A stretch of 64,000 nucleotides of DNA. It comes from Mobula birostris (Eukaryota). The DNA lies in the NCBI RefSeq assembly GCF_030028105.1, contig NC_092371.1, positions 97,305,064-97,369,063 of the forward strand, given 5' to 3'. Of the stretch, positions 1 to 12,200 are shown in pieces. Below the pieces are notes generated by a model. The model saw only the letters and a program-made list of their open reading frames with translations, was not told the origin of the DNA and searched no databases. Numbering within the stretch: the first letter of the stretch is position 1; each line of letters starts with the position of its first letter. A program made the translations under genes and the position numbers.

Positions 1-720
1 GTCTTTGACTTCAACCACGAATGTGGTATCCTCCCTTTATTGTTCTTCTTTGGGATGAACAGATCTTGAGTCTTCCGAATTATTCCCAGAACTGCATCCA
101 TTACTGCTTGCCCATTATCTCTACGAGTATCCATTTCCAATCAACGTCGGTCAGCTCTTTTCTTATGCCTCTGTAGGTACATTTACTACATTGAAAAAAC
201 GATACATCCGAATTTCGCTTCTCCCACTCAAACTGCGTGGCCGTCCATTATACAACGACCACTGCCTCCTAAAGGTTACTTTAGGTAAAACTTTCTAAAG
301 AAATCCGCTTCAGTACACAGTAGCCAATGCAGAATTGCCTTTTCCCTATTGGTACCTTGCAGGCATTCTACAAATTAATTCCCTTGGGATCTAGCATCAA
401 AATGATTTCCCCAATCTACTTGAATATCACATTCCCCATGATTATTGTGAAACTACACTTTTACATGCCTGTTTATTATATCCAGTTATCAATGTCCCCC
501 CCATCTTTGCCACTGTTTGGAGGCCTTTAATTAACTCGGATTACGGTGGTTTTGCCCTTGTGTTTTCTAAACTCTACTAGCAAGGATTCTACATTTTCTG
601 ATCCACTGTCACTTCCTCTAAGGATCTGATTTCCTATTTTCTCAACAAAGCAGCCCATCTCGTCTATCCAAATATGATTTTTTTGAGCCAAGACTCGGTG
701 ATGCCACATTCATAATACCA
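1..720 (-). mobile_element. Old CR1-type LINE fragment (ORF2 endonuclease region)
   Basis: Resembles the decayed CR1 segment at about 26840-27230 and the EN region of the 59-63 kb CR1; no intact ORF. Confidence 0.55.
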
Positions 721-1124
721 ATTTCCAACTAGGCCAGGAGACCATCCACTGTATTCAGTTTACTGTGTACATTCAAATATAACACCCTCAGTTCTATATC
801 CAAGAACTTTCTTTTCAATTTTGTCCCCATATTGCTTGAAGTTAAATTCTAAACGTTTTATCGTATTCATTGTTCTGGAAACTTCATTAACATCCCCTCA
901 CTCTCCTTCCCTTTCAATTTATCCATGCTTCTCCAAGCTGTTGAACTCATCCCACAACATTTAGGTTAAAAGTCTATCCACGGCCCTGATGTGATTCACC
1001 ATGACCTTCGTCTCAGTATGTTTTATGTGGAACCCGTCCAATCAAATCAGTCCTTTCCTTCCCTGGTACTGTTGCTAATGTACCACGAACTCAGACACAT
1101 TTCTCCCACACTAATCATTGAACC

Positions 1125-2265
1125 ATTGATAAGGTACACCATGCAAGGCTAATTGCGAAACTAAGGAGGCATGGGATCCAAGGGGATATTGCTTTGTGGA
1201 TCCAGAACTGGCTTGCCCACAGAAGGCAAAGAGTGGTTGTAGACGGGCCATATTCTGCACGGAGGTCGGTCACCAGTGGAGTGTCTCAGGGATCTGTTCT
1301 GGGACCCTTACTCTTCGTGATTTTTATAAATGCCCTGGATGAGGAAGATGAGGGATAGTTTAGTAAGTTTGCTGATGGCACAAAGGTTGGAGGTGTTGTG
1401 GATAGTGTGGAGGGCTGTCAGAATTTACAGCGGGATGTTGATTGGATGCAAAACAGGGCTGAGAAGTGGCAGATGGAGTTCAACCCAGATAAGTGTGAAG
1501 TGGTTCATTTTGGTAGGTCAAATATGATGGCAGAATATAGTATTAATGGTAAGAATCTTGGCAGTGTGGAGGATCGAAGGATCTTGGGGGATCGAGGCCA
1601 TAGGACGCGCAAAGAAGCTGCGCAGGTTGACTCTGTGGTTAAGAAGGCGTATGGTGTATTGGTCTTCAGCAATCGTGGTATTGAATGTAGGAGTTGAGAC
1701 ATAATGTTGCAGCTATATAGGACCCTGGTCAGACCTCACTCCGAGTACTGTGCTCAGTTCTGGTTGCCTCACTACAGGAAGGATGTGGATGCCATAGAAA
1801 GAGTGCAGAGGAGATTTACAAGGATGTTTCCTGGATTAGGGAGCACACATTATATGAATAGGTTGAGTGAACTCGTCGTTCTTTTCTCCTTGGAGCGACG
1901 GAGGATGAGAGGTGACCTGATAGATGTGTTAAAGATGATGAGAGGCATTGATCGTATGGATAGTCAGAGGCTATTTCCCAGGGTTGAAATGGTTGCCACA
2001 AGAGGACACAATTTTAAGGTGCTGGGGAGTAGGTACAGAGGGGATGTCAGGGGTACTCAGAGAGTGGTGAGTGCGTGGAATAGGCTGCCGACAACGACGG
2101 TGGAGGCGGATACGATAGGGTCTTTTAAGAGACTTTTAGATAGGTACATGGAGCTTGGTAAAATAGAGGGCTATCGGTAAGCCTAGTAATTTCTAAGGTT
2201 GGGACATGTTCGGCACAATTCTGTGGCCCGAAGGGCCTGTATTGTGCTGTAGGTTTTCGATATTT
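1125..2265 (+). mobile_element. 5'-truncated CR1 LINE (RT C-terminal half and 3' tail)
   Basis: CR1 RT-type peptides KWQMEFNPDKCEVVHFG and LYRTLVRPHSEYCAQFW; 3' tail ggcccgaagggcctgtattgtgctgt. Confidence 0.85.
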
Positions 2266-3532
2266 CTATATCACAACTCACCTCCTCATTAAGCCTCACT
2301 TTCCCACACCGTCCCTCATAAACCTGGATTCTCCTAATGCTAAAAAGAAACTCTCCGGAATATCTCCTGCTACTGGCCACAATCCCCCTTGGCAAAGTTT
2401 CCCTCTACCCGCTGGTTGAATATAATTTCCAGTCCTGAATAACAGACTTGTTATGTCCAGAATGTCATCCCCTGGTTCGAGACATTCAATCAAGAGACAT
2501 CTCACATTCCTCGCATCTACACCGTGAGGCCTCCTAAGAATGTTGTATCATCTCTCATTATTTGGAGCTGCAGGAAGCGAAGACTCAGTGTATTCATTCT
2601 TCAGTTACTGCCGAATTTATCAGCCTGCGCTATTACGCATCCGAACGTAAATCTCGATTGAAGCAAGAAAAGACTAAAAAATGCGAGGGTGTTTGCGAAC
2701 CCTTAGCATTAATGTGTAAATGTTATAAACACTGCAATGAAAATTTTAAAACTTTCATAAGGGAACGTGGCTTCGGGAGAAAAAAAACGTGCAGCCAAAT
2801 TCAACTGAAAATAAAACATTGTCTTTTCAGCCCTTTGCAAGTTGCAAATATTGTCGTACTTCAGAAAAGAAGGCATTAAAGTTTCGAACTAAAAGAAATT
2901 AGTAACTAGACGTAATATAATGGAATAATTGCATATGATTATGGTCTCAGTGGCAACATTCCCATCGCTGGATATCAGGACTTGGCATCAGAAGTCTGAA
3001 AAGTCGTAATCATGTTAAAGTAACTTTCTCGTGGCTCCCAAGAGTTTCCGCGGGTTAAATTACGAAAACCTCTATAGAAAGTATATTCCTACGAACATGT
3101 AACCCCACCATGTTAAGATCAATCGGAGTAATTGCTACATAATGTTTCAAAAAGGTGGAAAAAACTGCACGAACTCAAATTCCCGGGCAGCTCCTATTCA
3201 GAGAGGAAGAATGTTAGCCTTTTCTCCCCGTCCTTGACTACTGCTGCGATTTTCCATAATTTGTATTTGTATTCTGGTTCCAAAGATGTATCATATTTGC
3301 CTTTCGCGAATGGCCAGTGGAAGAGGAAAGCCATTAATAAATAAAATGGAAGTCGCGGATTTCAACGAAAGCACTGTTAATCAGAACCACATTTTAAAAA
3401 GACACAAGTCGCCGGGTCGATGTTTTATCCAACACAAATTGTCACCGACTTGAATTTGAAATGAAAAACAGGACCTCCAGGTTAGTAATCTTTGGATCGC
3501 TGCCTGTGCCACGCGCCACTGAGGGTAAGAAC

Positions 3533-3678
3533 AGGGTAAACAGCCGACGTTTCGGCCAAGACTCTTCATTAGGACTCATGATGAGGTCCCGATGAAGGAT
3601 CTCGGCCCCAAACCGCGACTGTTTACTCTTTTCTATAGATGCTGCCTGGCCTACTGAGTTCCTCCAGCATTTTGTGTG
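3533..3678. mobile_element. Penelope-type pseudo-LTR fragment with two inverted, degenerate minimal hammerhead motifs
   Basis: Minus 3542-3576 reads AGTC CTAATGA AGAGTCTTGGCC GAAAC GTC GGCT; plus about 3586-3620 reads GGTC CCGATGA AGGATCTCGGCCC CAAAC CGC GACT, followed by the shared arm gatgctgcctggcc..ctgagttcctccagcattttgtgtg. Confidence 0.7.
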
Positions 3679-3846
3679 AGACCTGACGTGTGTTATCCAC
3701 TGTGGGGAACTTATTTTTAAGTAGAGCAACGCGGGCAGATCTGATCCACGAAATCCGCTGTGAAAAATTCCTGACAAAACTGCAATGAAAGGAACGGTAA
3801 ACGCGTCGCTGAAACGATTAATTTAGATTGCCAATAAATTACTTAC

Positions 3847-4176
3847 TAATCACATTGAGCTTCGTTCCTTTACCAAAGGTGCGTGCAGCATAACAATAGT
3901 AATCAGCAGCGTCTTCGGATTTTACGTTCGCGATAGTTAAAAACATACCGCGTTCCGATATTTTTACAGAACCTTGAAATCGATCTGAAATTCCCGAGGG
4001 TCTGCCGTTTTTCTCAGACCAGATCAGCCGTGGAATACTGCCGGGCTTCTTCCAATACCAGCTGGTGAACCAATTATCGATGCTGTCTCCAGACATGATG
4101 CAGTTGATCTTGACGGTTTCCCCCGGTGCGGCCGAGACAGATTTCACCTGCATCAACGTAGCAACAGCATCTGTAC
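3847..4176 (-). CDS. IGL: Ig light chain lambda-like (type II) germline-joined V-J exon
   Basis: Acceptor tttacaccag| before 4176 and donor A|gtaagt after 3847; open frame TDAVATLMQVKSVSAAPGETVKINCIMSGDSIDNWFTSWYWKKPGSIPRLIWSEKNGRPSGISDRFQGSVKISERGMFLTIANVKSEDAADYYCYAARTFGKGTKLNVI. Both Cys, the Trp and FGxG are intact, with no RSS between V and J. The WYWxKP..WSE pattern matches shark lambda/type II chains as I recall them. Confidence 0.93.
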
Positions 4177-4310
4177 CTGGTGTAAATAAAGTCCTTTTAT
4201 TTAATCGAACTCGGTGCAACTGGGAAAACCAATTGCTATTCGTATTCACAGAACACATGTACGATTGGGAAACAACGTAGAACACCAATGTTACACAGTA
4301 CTGTACTTAC

Positions 4311-4359
4311 TATGAAGACAAAGGACCAGTGCAGCGAGAACTCCAATCCACGATCTCAT
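4311..4359 (-). CDS. IGL: Ig light chain leader exon
   Basis: ATG at 4359, MRSWIGVLAALVLCLH+A, phase-1 donor A|gtaagt; the 134-nt intron joins in frame to the V-J exon. Confidence 0.9.
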
Positions 4360-4455
4360 TCTGGAGATTTTGGCTGAAGAGCTGACTCAGAATGTTTCCG
4401 AATAGGAAGCTACTGCGTCTCGTTCTGAAAAGCATTTAAAACAGTCCGAACTTTG

Positions 4456-4501
4456 TTATATATGGTTTCGGTCATTAATTATGCAAATACATGCTGACGT
4501 A
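4456..4501 (-). promoter_or_regulatory. Ig light-chain promoter: octamer plus TATA
   Basis: ATTTGCAT in the transcribed orientation (4481-4488; light-chain orientation), TATATAA at 4456-4462 about 97 nt upstream of the ATG, and a TGACGT CRE-like core near 4495-4500. Confidence 0.85.
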
Positions 4502-4949
4502 GCGCTGGCTTCTCATTTTGTGACAACACATGCAAGTCTGCACAGTAGGCACGCTTTTATATTGGAAAACAAAGAGGTGAAAAGACTGAAATAGAGCATA
4601 GGCTTGGTGGAACTGGGGGAAACTCGAGCACCAAAGCGATCAGGTAGTTGCTAAGAAATACAATTCCAAACTTTAAAAAAACTTTGAAAGGTTGGAAAGT
4701 GAATAACATGATCGACGATTCTCAGACTTGGACAAGGAATAAAACGGACAGAAGTTTCAATTCCTTTGGATTCCATGACACAAAACAAAGAATATATGAA
4801 AGACAACAAGGGAGAGGATATAAGAGGGTGGGTGAAGCGTGTTCTCCCAACCCTCAAACCACCTCCAATATCAATTCGACCGTGTAGCTCAACTTCAGTT
4901 AGTTGCCTCAGGGAGTGATGACGGGCCAAAGTGAAGGAACAAGCATTTT

Positions 4950-5560
4950 AACGCCTGTAGCGACAACCCATCTAAACCCACCCCGCTCTTTCCCAATCGA
5001 TCGCTTATCCACAAATGATGTCCAACTCATTTCTGAATGTCTGGTTGAGTCTGTTTCTGAAACCTCTCCTCGTGTTCCAGATTATCACGGGTCGCTGCTC
5101 TGCAGTAAAAACATTTCGAGAAAACTTGCTACCATCTACGTTCTCGTTGTGATTTCACTCTTTAATTATATTTTGTTCACGGGTCCTTGTCCTATCATCT
5201 GATGGGACCGGGTTCCAACGTATTCTTCCTATTTACAGTATAACCGTCGCGATCTTGTGCACTTAGATCAAAAAAATGTTCTGCTCTAGGGAACACTCAA
5301 GTTTCGCAAGTTGACGTTGCCAAGGATGAACAAGGATGAGATAGAGTGGGAAGGAATTGAACTTACAGCCTGATTTTGCACGAAGAAGGCATAACTCTTA
5401 ACAGTCGCCATGCTATATCACCTTGGTGCTGATCCAGATATATCAATATTGAAGATGATCCAAACTGTACTACTTTGTGATGAAATGGCAAATAATGTCA
5501 GTTGTACTGAAATTTATGTTCATTCTGCTTCCAAGATATATGAATCCCCCCTCCAAATTT
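4950..5560 (-). mobile_element. Very old CR1 remnants
   Basis: Degenerate similarity to the reverse complement of CR1 3' and RT regions seen elsewhere in the window. Confidence 0.4.
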
Positions 5561-5679
5561 ATAGATTCATAGAATAGTCAAACGAAGAAGCAGAACTACA
5601 CTGACGAACCTTGGGTGATCGGGATTTCTGTGCGAGCTCGGGGACAGGAAGAAATGCTGAAGCTCAGCTGTCAGTACAC

Positions 5680-5787
5680 CCTACAGTCCACTCCGTTGCC
5701 GTTCAACGCAGCGGCGTAATTACAAAGCATCAACACATCCTACAGTCCACTCCGCTGCCGTTCAACGCAACGGCGTAATTACAAAGC
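5680..5787. repeat. Two direct copies of a 49-bp unit (period 59)
   Basis: cctacagtccactccgYtgccgttcaacgcaRcggcgtaattacaaagc at 5680-5728 and 5739-5787, two mismatches. Confidence 0.9.
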
Positions 5788-6274
5788 GTCCCATTTATTT
5801 TCCACCAGTTTAATATTAAAAGGAAAACCGAGGCATGGGTTTGCGTATTCAGCTTGTTTTATTTTAAAATTATTTTCCCACTTTAATGTTTTCTTTTATT
5901 ATTACTATTATTTGTCTGTTTAGATTCAAATTGAATCGCTTGCTTCAAATATCTCAATTGACTGTTGCAGAGAGTTGAAAATAACATTGGCAACTGGAAA
6001 TCCGGCATAGCCCTCCGGAAACGGGGCCTCTGGTCTGATCTCTATTCGGATTCTTCTTTGCCCTGCTAGTTAGCTGTCGGCGTTGGTGGTGGGATCACTA
6101 ATCAGAGCATTCCAATCGGAGAAAAATAATCGCGACTGGCCGGGCTACGGGACGTCCAGGTGGCTCATGAATGATTCCTAAATTCTCTAGTTCTATGAAT
6201 ACTGCAAAAACCACGAGCGCAAAAATGACTAAATGCCTAAGCCACGGAGCATGTTTATTATTATTACTTAAAGT

Positions 6275-7910
6275 GTATTTTCCTTCAGCATTTACCAAGG
6301 AAAACAATATGGAGGGCAAGGAAATTAGTGCTGAGTGCATAAATGCGTTAGGGCGTTCCGAGTTCAAGGGGGAGGAAGTGTTGGGCATCCTAAAGTGTAT
6401 TAACGTGGGTAAATCCCCAGTGTCTGGTGGGATTTACCCCAGATTATTGAAAGAGGCAAAATCCGTGATTGAGGGGGCATTGACCAGTACCGTCCTGTCC
6501 TCTCTAGACAGAGGCGAGGTCCCGGGGGACTGGGGTGTAGCTAAAGTTGTACATCTATTTACGAAGGGAACAAGGGAAAATCCTGGGGAACTATAGACCA
6601 GTGATTCTCACGTCAGCTGTAGGGAAATTGGTGGAGAAAATCATTAGGAATAGGGAATGTGAGCACTTGGAAACTCACGACCCTCTTAGGGAGAGCTAAC
6701 GTGGCTCTGTGTGGAGCAGGTCCTGTATTATCAACTTGGGGGTGTTTTTGACAAGGTGACGAGAGAGATTGATGAGGTTAGGGCAGTAGATGTTGGTTGC
6801 ATAGATTTTAGTAAGGCGTTTGACAAAGTCTGTCCTGGGAGACTAATATTTAAGATGCATGGGGTCCGTGATGAATTGGCTGTTTGGATTCAGAACTGAC
6901 TTGCACAACGGATAGTGGTTGAAGGGATATAATCAAGATGGACGGCTGTAATTACTGGTGCTTCGCGGGGATTTGTCGTGGGACCTCTGCCGTTTGTGAT
7001 GTACATGAATGACATAGATGCAGATGTAGGTGGCCATGTTAGTAAGTTTGCGGATGATATTAAGATTGGTGGAGTTGTGGATGGTGTAGAAGACTGGCAA
7101 AGATACACTGTACTATAGATCATTTGCCAATATGGGTAGAGAAATGGCAGGTGGGATTTAACCCAAATAAATGTGCGGTGTTACACTTCGGTTGTGGAAA
7201 CGCTAGGAAACTGTACACTATTAAGGGCAAGATGCTTAGCAGTGGGATCCAAATTCATAGCTCTTTGAAAGTGGTTACATAGGTCGATAGGGTGGTTGAA
7301 AGGCTTATGGAATGTTTGTTTCTAATAGCCGAGGTATTGAGTTCAAAAGTCAAGGGGTTATGTTGCAATTTTATAAAACTCTGGTTAGGTCACATCTTGA
7401 GTACGCATTGCATACCGTTCTGGTTGTCACACTGTAGGAAGAATGTTGAGGCTTTGGCGAGGGTGCTGAAGAAGTTTAGAGGGCAAGGGCATCATGTAAG
7501 GATGAATAAATTGCTTTGTTTCCTCTGGAATAGCGGTGGCTGAAGGGAGATATGCTAGAGATTTATTAGTTTATGAGAGGGATAGACAGTATAGACAGTC
7601 CGTATCTGTCTCCCAGGATTAAATTGTCCAATACCAGAAAGCATGCATTGAAGTTGAGGGGGTATAAGTTCAATTGGGTTGTGAGGGGTATTTTTCTTTA
7701 CTCAGAGAGTTGTGGATGTATGGAATGCTCTGCCTGATATGGTGGAAGATGCAAATGCATTAGAGGGTTTGAAGAGCCGTTTGGATAGGCACAGGGATGC
7801 TATGAAGATGGAGGGATATGGACATTGCGTTAGTAGAATGGATCAGTATTTGGGTGTTTATGATTTACTTTTTAGCTGGTTCGGCACAGCATTATGCTGT
7901 AGTGTTCTAT
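6275..7910 (+). mobile_element. Degenerate CR1 LINE ORF2 fragment
   Basis: Peptides GKSPVSGGIYPRLLKEA, VPGDWGVAKVVHLFTKG and DFSKAFDKV; CR1 3' tail near 7870-7910. Confidence 0.8.
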
Positions 7911-8679
7911 GTCCATATCTATATCTATCCATTACACTATTTATCTCGTCTTTTCGCACACCAGTCTCAAAGTAACAGAACATGAATGAATGTCTACACT
8001 GTCGTATTTGGAGGCATTTGCAATCCTCTCTGCGCAGAAAAAGAAATGTTCCCAAATGTTTCCCGGAATCGCAGTAAAAAGACGTCCGACTCGGGGTACT
8101 GGGGCGGGTAACTGACGCGAATGGGTCTTTAGAAAATCAACTGAGCATCCAGTTAAACGGTGGGTTGACGTTGCTTTATTACAATGGCCACCCGAGGTTT
8201 TAATTTACAGAACGGAAGGATAGAACAGCTTTTGCAACTCAGAAGTATTGAACTGCTGACTTCGCATCAAGAACAAAAGGATAAAATATGACGATATTTT
8301 TACAATCAAGATTAGGGACCAGTTCAGTATTGCTAAAAGTGGGAAGAATGGAAGACTAATTAATTAAAATGACAAATTAACTAAATAATTCACATAGATA
8401 CAGTTACCAAATTACGGAACCAGAAGAAAAGTGGTATTTTGCGCATGCTGACGGGTGGGATTTGCCACAGGTTATGGAAGGAGGAAAGATACCAGATTGC
8501 TAGGGCCTTGACCAGTACCTTCCTGTCCTCTCTAACCACAGGCAAATCCCAGAGCCCGATTCTGCGGCATCCGGATTGTGCCAATCAGAACTGACCAGAA
8601 GACCGGTGGAATATGATGAAACTTGTTTCGCCTAGAAACGTTCGGGTGCAAAGACGTCCTATCCACATGTGACAGTTTA

Positions 8680-8830
8680 TCGGTCTGTCATGCATCATCA
8701 CGTGATTGGTGGATTCCGCGGGCTTGTCCATCCATCAATTAACGTTTGAACTACTAACTCTGCGCGCGCGGACGTGTTCAGAGTTTCCGGGTGACCGCGA
8801 GTCAAGAAGAGGACCTATTCGGCTACACTG
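8680..8830. promoter_or_regulatory. CpG-rich promoter-like segment
   Basis: Clustered CACGTG next to ATTGG (CCAAT box), tgcgcgcgcg and ttccgg (ETS-like); no downstream gene confirmed. Confidence 0.3.
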
Positions 8831-9108
8831 TGCACGAATAACGTCTCCGAGTTTTGCCTTAATTGTAGCAGTTAGCAACTAAAATTATCCCTAGATTTCA
8901 GGAAACGGGTAACTTGGTGACTATCCGGCGATGGAGGGAATACTCAACAAGTCACTTAGCATCTATAGCTGTCAGGGGAATATAGAGCCGAACATTTCAA
9001 CTGAATGGCTTTTCGTAAGTATACTTTGTTTGCATTTTTTCGTGTTCTGCTTAAAGATTTCAGTTGCTTCCATCGACTCTTAAGGAGAAACAAAATGACA
9101 GGAAGATG

Positions 9109-9114
9109 GAGAGA

Positions 9115-9154
<40 letters not shown>
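9109..9154. repeat. (GA)n microsatellite
   Basis: GA run with one CA interruption. Confidence 0.95.
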
Positions 9155-9158
<4 letters not shown>

Positions 9159-9239
9159 TCAGATGTCGGGCATTAATAACTTTCGGTTCGTTTATTGTTT
9201 CAATTTTTAAATATGAGTCACTCTCCGTCACTTAGAGAA

Positions 9240-12200
9240 GACAGCCCTGGTGCCACATACGCCAGCCTATCCGGTGATATCCTAATTCTGTGCGACCTCC
9301 CCATCCCTTCATGTAACTCTTCAGGTTCAGACACTACTGGGGATACTTCTGGTCTACCTGGCGAGGCAACTCGGCTGTCCACAGGTAGCCACACCTTCCC
9401 CTCACCCCCCCCCCCCCACATTTCACCTGACTGACTGAGCGGAAGAAGGGCTGGAAGTCTCTTCCTCAGACAATGGGGAGATAGCCAAAGGTAACATATA
9501 CCACACATCCAGGTTCTCATCCTCCGAATCAGTATTCCTCTCAGGGGTGGGGGCCGGTCTAACCTCTCCTGCTGTGGGCCCTGCAGTTGTTCCGCGTTTC
9601 TGCAGCATCTTCTTACCAGGTATAAGTTCCAAGTCGGGCTCTGGGTCTACCTGCACCTCTTGTCCCAGGGGCAGCAGGTGGTTCCGATGGAGAATATTGA
9701 CAGGCCCATTCCCATCCTCTGATTTCACCGGGAAAACTAGTATTGGCATTTGACTCTCCACCATTCAGGACTTAGGCGCCCAGCAGTCCGCCAACTTACG
9801 TTCCCAGGTAGTCCCAAATTCCTTATGAAGTCCCGGTTTCCTGGCAGGAGCTGGGAGAACCTCACCTTTTGATCATACCTCCTCTTATTTCCTTGATTCT
9901 GCTTGGCCGTCGCGACCCCAGCTAATTCATAAGCCCTTTTTAGCTCTTTTCTCATGTCAGACAGATACTTCAGTTAAATCTTCAGTGGGAAGTAGTTAAA
10001 TCTTCAGTGGGAAGTAGCCCTCGTCAGTCCAAAAACAAAGGTTAATGAGCAACTTCGCCTTGCGCAAAAACATGAGCGAGTACCCGGTAGCTTCATTTCA
10101 GGCACAGTTGGAGCTGTGGACCAGGAGTCCAATATGTTGACTCCACCTGCTCTTCTTGCTGATCTCCAAGGTTCCGAGCACATCTAGCAAGGTCGATTAA
10201 ACCTCTCGGGCTAGGGATCACCCTTCCGATGATAGGGCGTGGTCCTCGACTTCTCGATTCCAAGCATGCCCAGTAACACTTGGATGAGTCTGCTCTCGAA
10301 ATCCCGTCCCTGATCACTATATATCTGCCTGGGAAGGTCATAATAAATGAAATACTTCACCCATTACACTTTGCCACCGTAGACGCCCTCTGGTCTTTGG
10401 TAGGAAAAGCCTGAGCATGTCTAATGTAGTGGTCCATGAAGACTAAGAGCTTCGCCGTGTTGCTGGCATCGGGCTCAATTAGCAGGAAATCCATACACAC
10501 CAGGTCCAGGGGCTCCACACTCTGCAAGTGGGACAAGGGAGCTGCCAGCGTAGGCAGCTTTCCGTTTTATGCATCGAACACACGACTTGCAGTATTCTTC
10601 AACTTCCATCTTCATTCGGGGCCAGTAAAACCGGTCTCTGAGCAACCCAAAGGTCTTTTCGACCCCCAAATGTCCAGAATCATCATGAAGTGACGCGAAC
10701 GGAACCCTCCAATACTTCGCCGGCAGAACCAACTGGCAAGGCCGAGGTTGGCCCGGTGGTGACGAGACCCAGTCCGGGATCTGGTTCCGCAACTCCAGCC
10801 GAGGCCATTCTCTCAGTAATGGGGGCACCATCGCATGGTTTGTCTTCTCTGCCTGAGCAATGTCTCTCTTTTCGACCGCTGACCAAATGGTACCGATGCG
10901 TGTCTCGTCTCGCTGAGCAGCTGCCAGTTCCCCAGAGCTCAATTCCGGCAGTTGATGTGTCTTCGGAGCAGCCAGGTTACAGTAAGCTTGGAGAATCGCT
11001 TTATGTGAAGCTCCCAATTGATCCACCGCTAAATCTTGCCTCTCCTTTCCTTCTGCCTTCACGGTGATGTCAAACTGACATATGACCTTCACTCCCGAGG
11101 CAGGAATGTTCTCCCATTCCTCGTCCCTGACCAGTCCCTCATGCACCCGTCTGGACAAAGCATCAACATCAATATTGCTGCTTCCTGGCCGGTACCTCAG
11201 GCTGAAATCATAGGCAGACAACGCTGCCAACTACAGATGGCCTGTGGCATCCATTTTCGCCGAGGTCAGGAGGTAAGTTAGGGGGCTGTTGTCCGTCCTC
11301 AGCTCAAACTTAGTCCCGTAGCAGTTGTCACTCAGCTTATCCACCACAGCCCATTTCAATGCCGGATATTCCAATGTGCATGGGATAGTTTTTCTCGGAG
11401 GGCAACAGACTCCGGCTGACAAATGCAACGGGACTCCGATCCTGATACAGGACGCCAGCTAAGCCCTCTCGGCTGGTATCCGTGTGCAGTACATACGGCA
11501 ATCAGGGGTCTGCAAAAGCTAGAACCAGCGCCTGGGTCAACTGCTCTTTCAGCGACTGAAAGGCCTTCTCACATTTTGCATCCCACCTCGGTCCAAAGAG
11601 CTTGAACGGGCTAAGATACTATCAACACTCCTGTCATCCTCCCCCCCCCCCCCCAACCTTTCTTCCCCAAGGGAGGGTAATCGCACAGAAGCTGATTCAA
11701 CGGGTGACTTTCGCGTAGCCATTAACGAACCTCTTGATAGTAACCAAAGAACCCGAGGAACGAGTGCACAGCGCTCACAGTCTGGGGTCTTGGCCAAGTC
11801 ATCACTGCCTCTAGCTTAGCCGGATTTGTAACTACTCCGTCTATGAGACTATGTGCCCAACATAGCTAACAGACGTTTGGCAGAACTGGCACTTGTCCAG
11901 GGAAGGTTTTATCCCTTCAGATTTCAAGCGGCCCAGCACCTTCAGCAGCCTCGCTTCATGTTCTTCCAAGGTGGATCCAAACACTATAAGGTCATCTAGA
12001 CACACCAATACCTCAAGCAAGTTCATATCCCCTACCGTCTTCTCCATGACCCGCTGGAAGGTTGCAGCGGATCCCAATATGCCCCGGGGAATTCTTTCGA
12101 ACTGGGAAAATCCCAGGGGACATATAAATACCGTCTTCACTTCGTTGGTCTCACTCATGGGGATCGGGTAATATCCACTCCTCAAGTCTAGCACACTAAA

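Noticed and set aside
1-3846. Search for the C exon of the intact V-J
   Set aside because: No C1-domain motifs found on the minus strand; only LINE debris and unique intron sequence. The exon is presumably outside the window.
5610-5720. Plus-strand peptide SVRARGQEEMLKLSCQYT resembling an Ig B-strand
   Set aside because: No Trp or second Cys, an early stop, and no splice signals.
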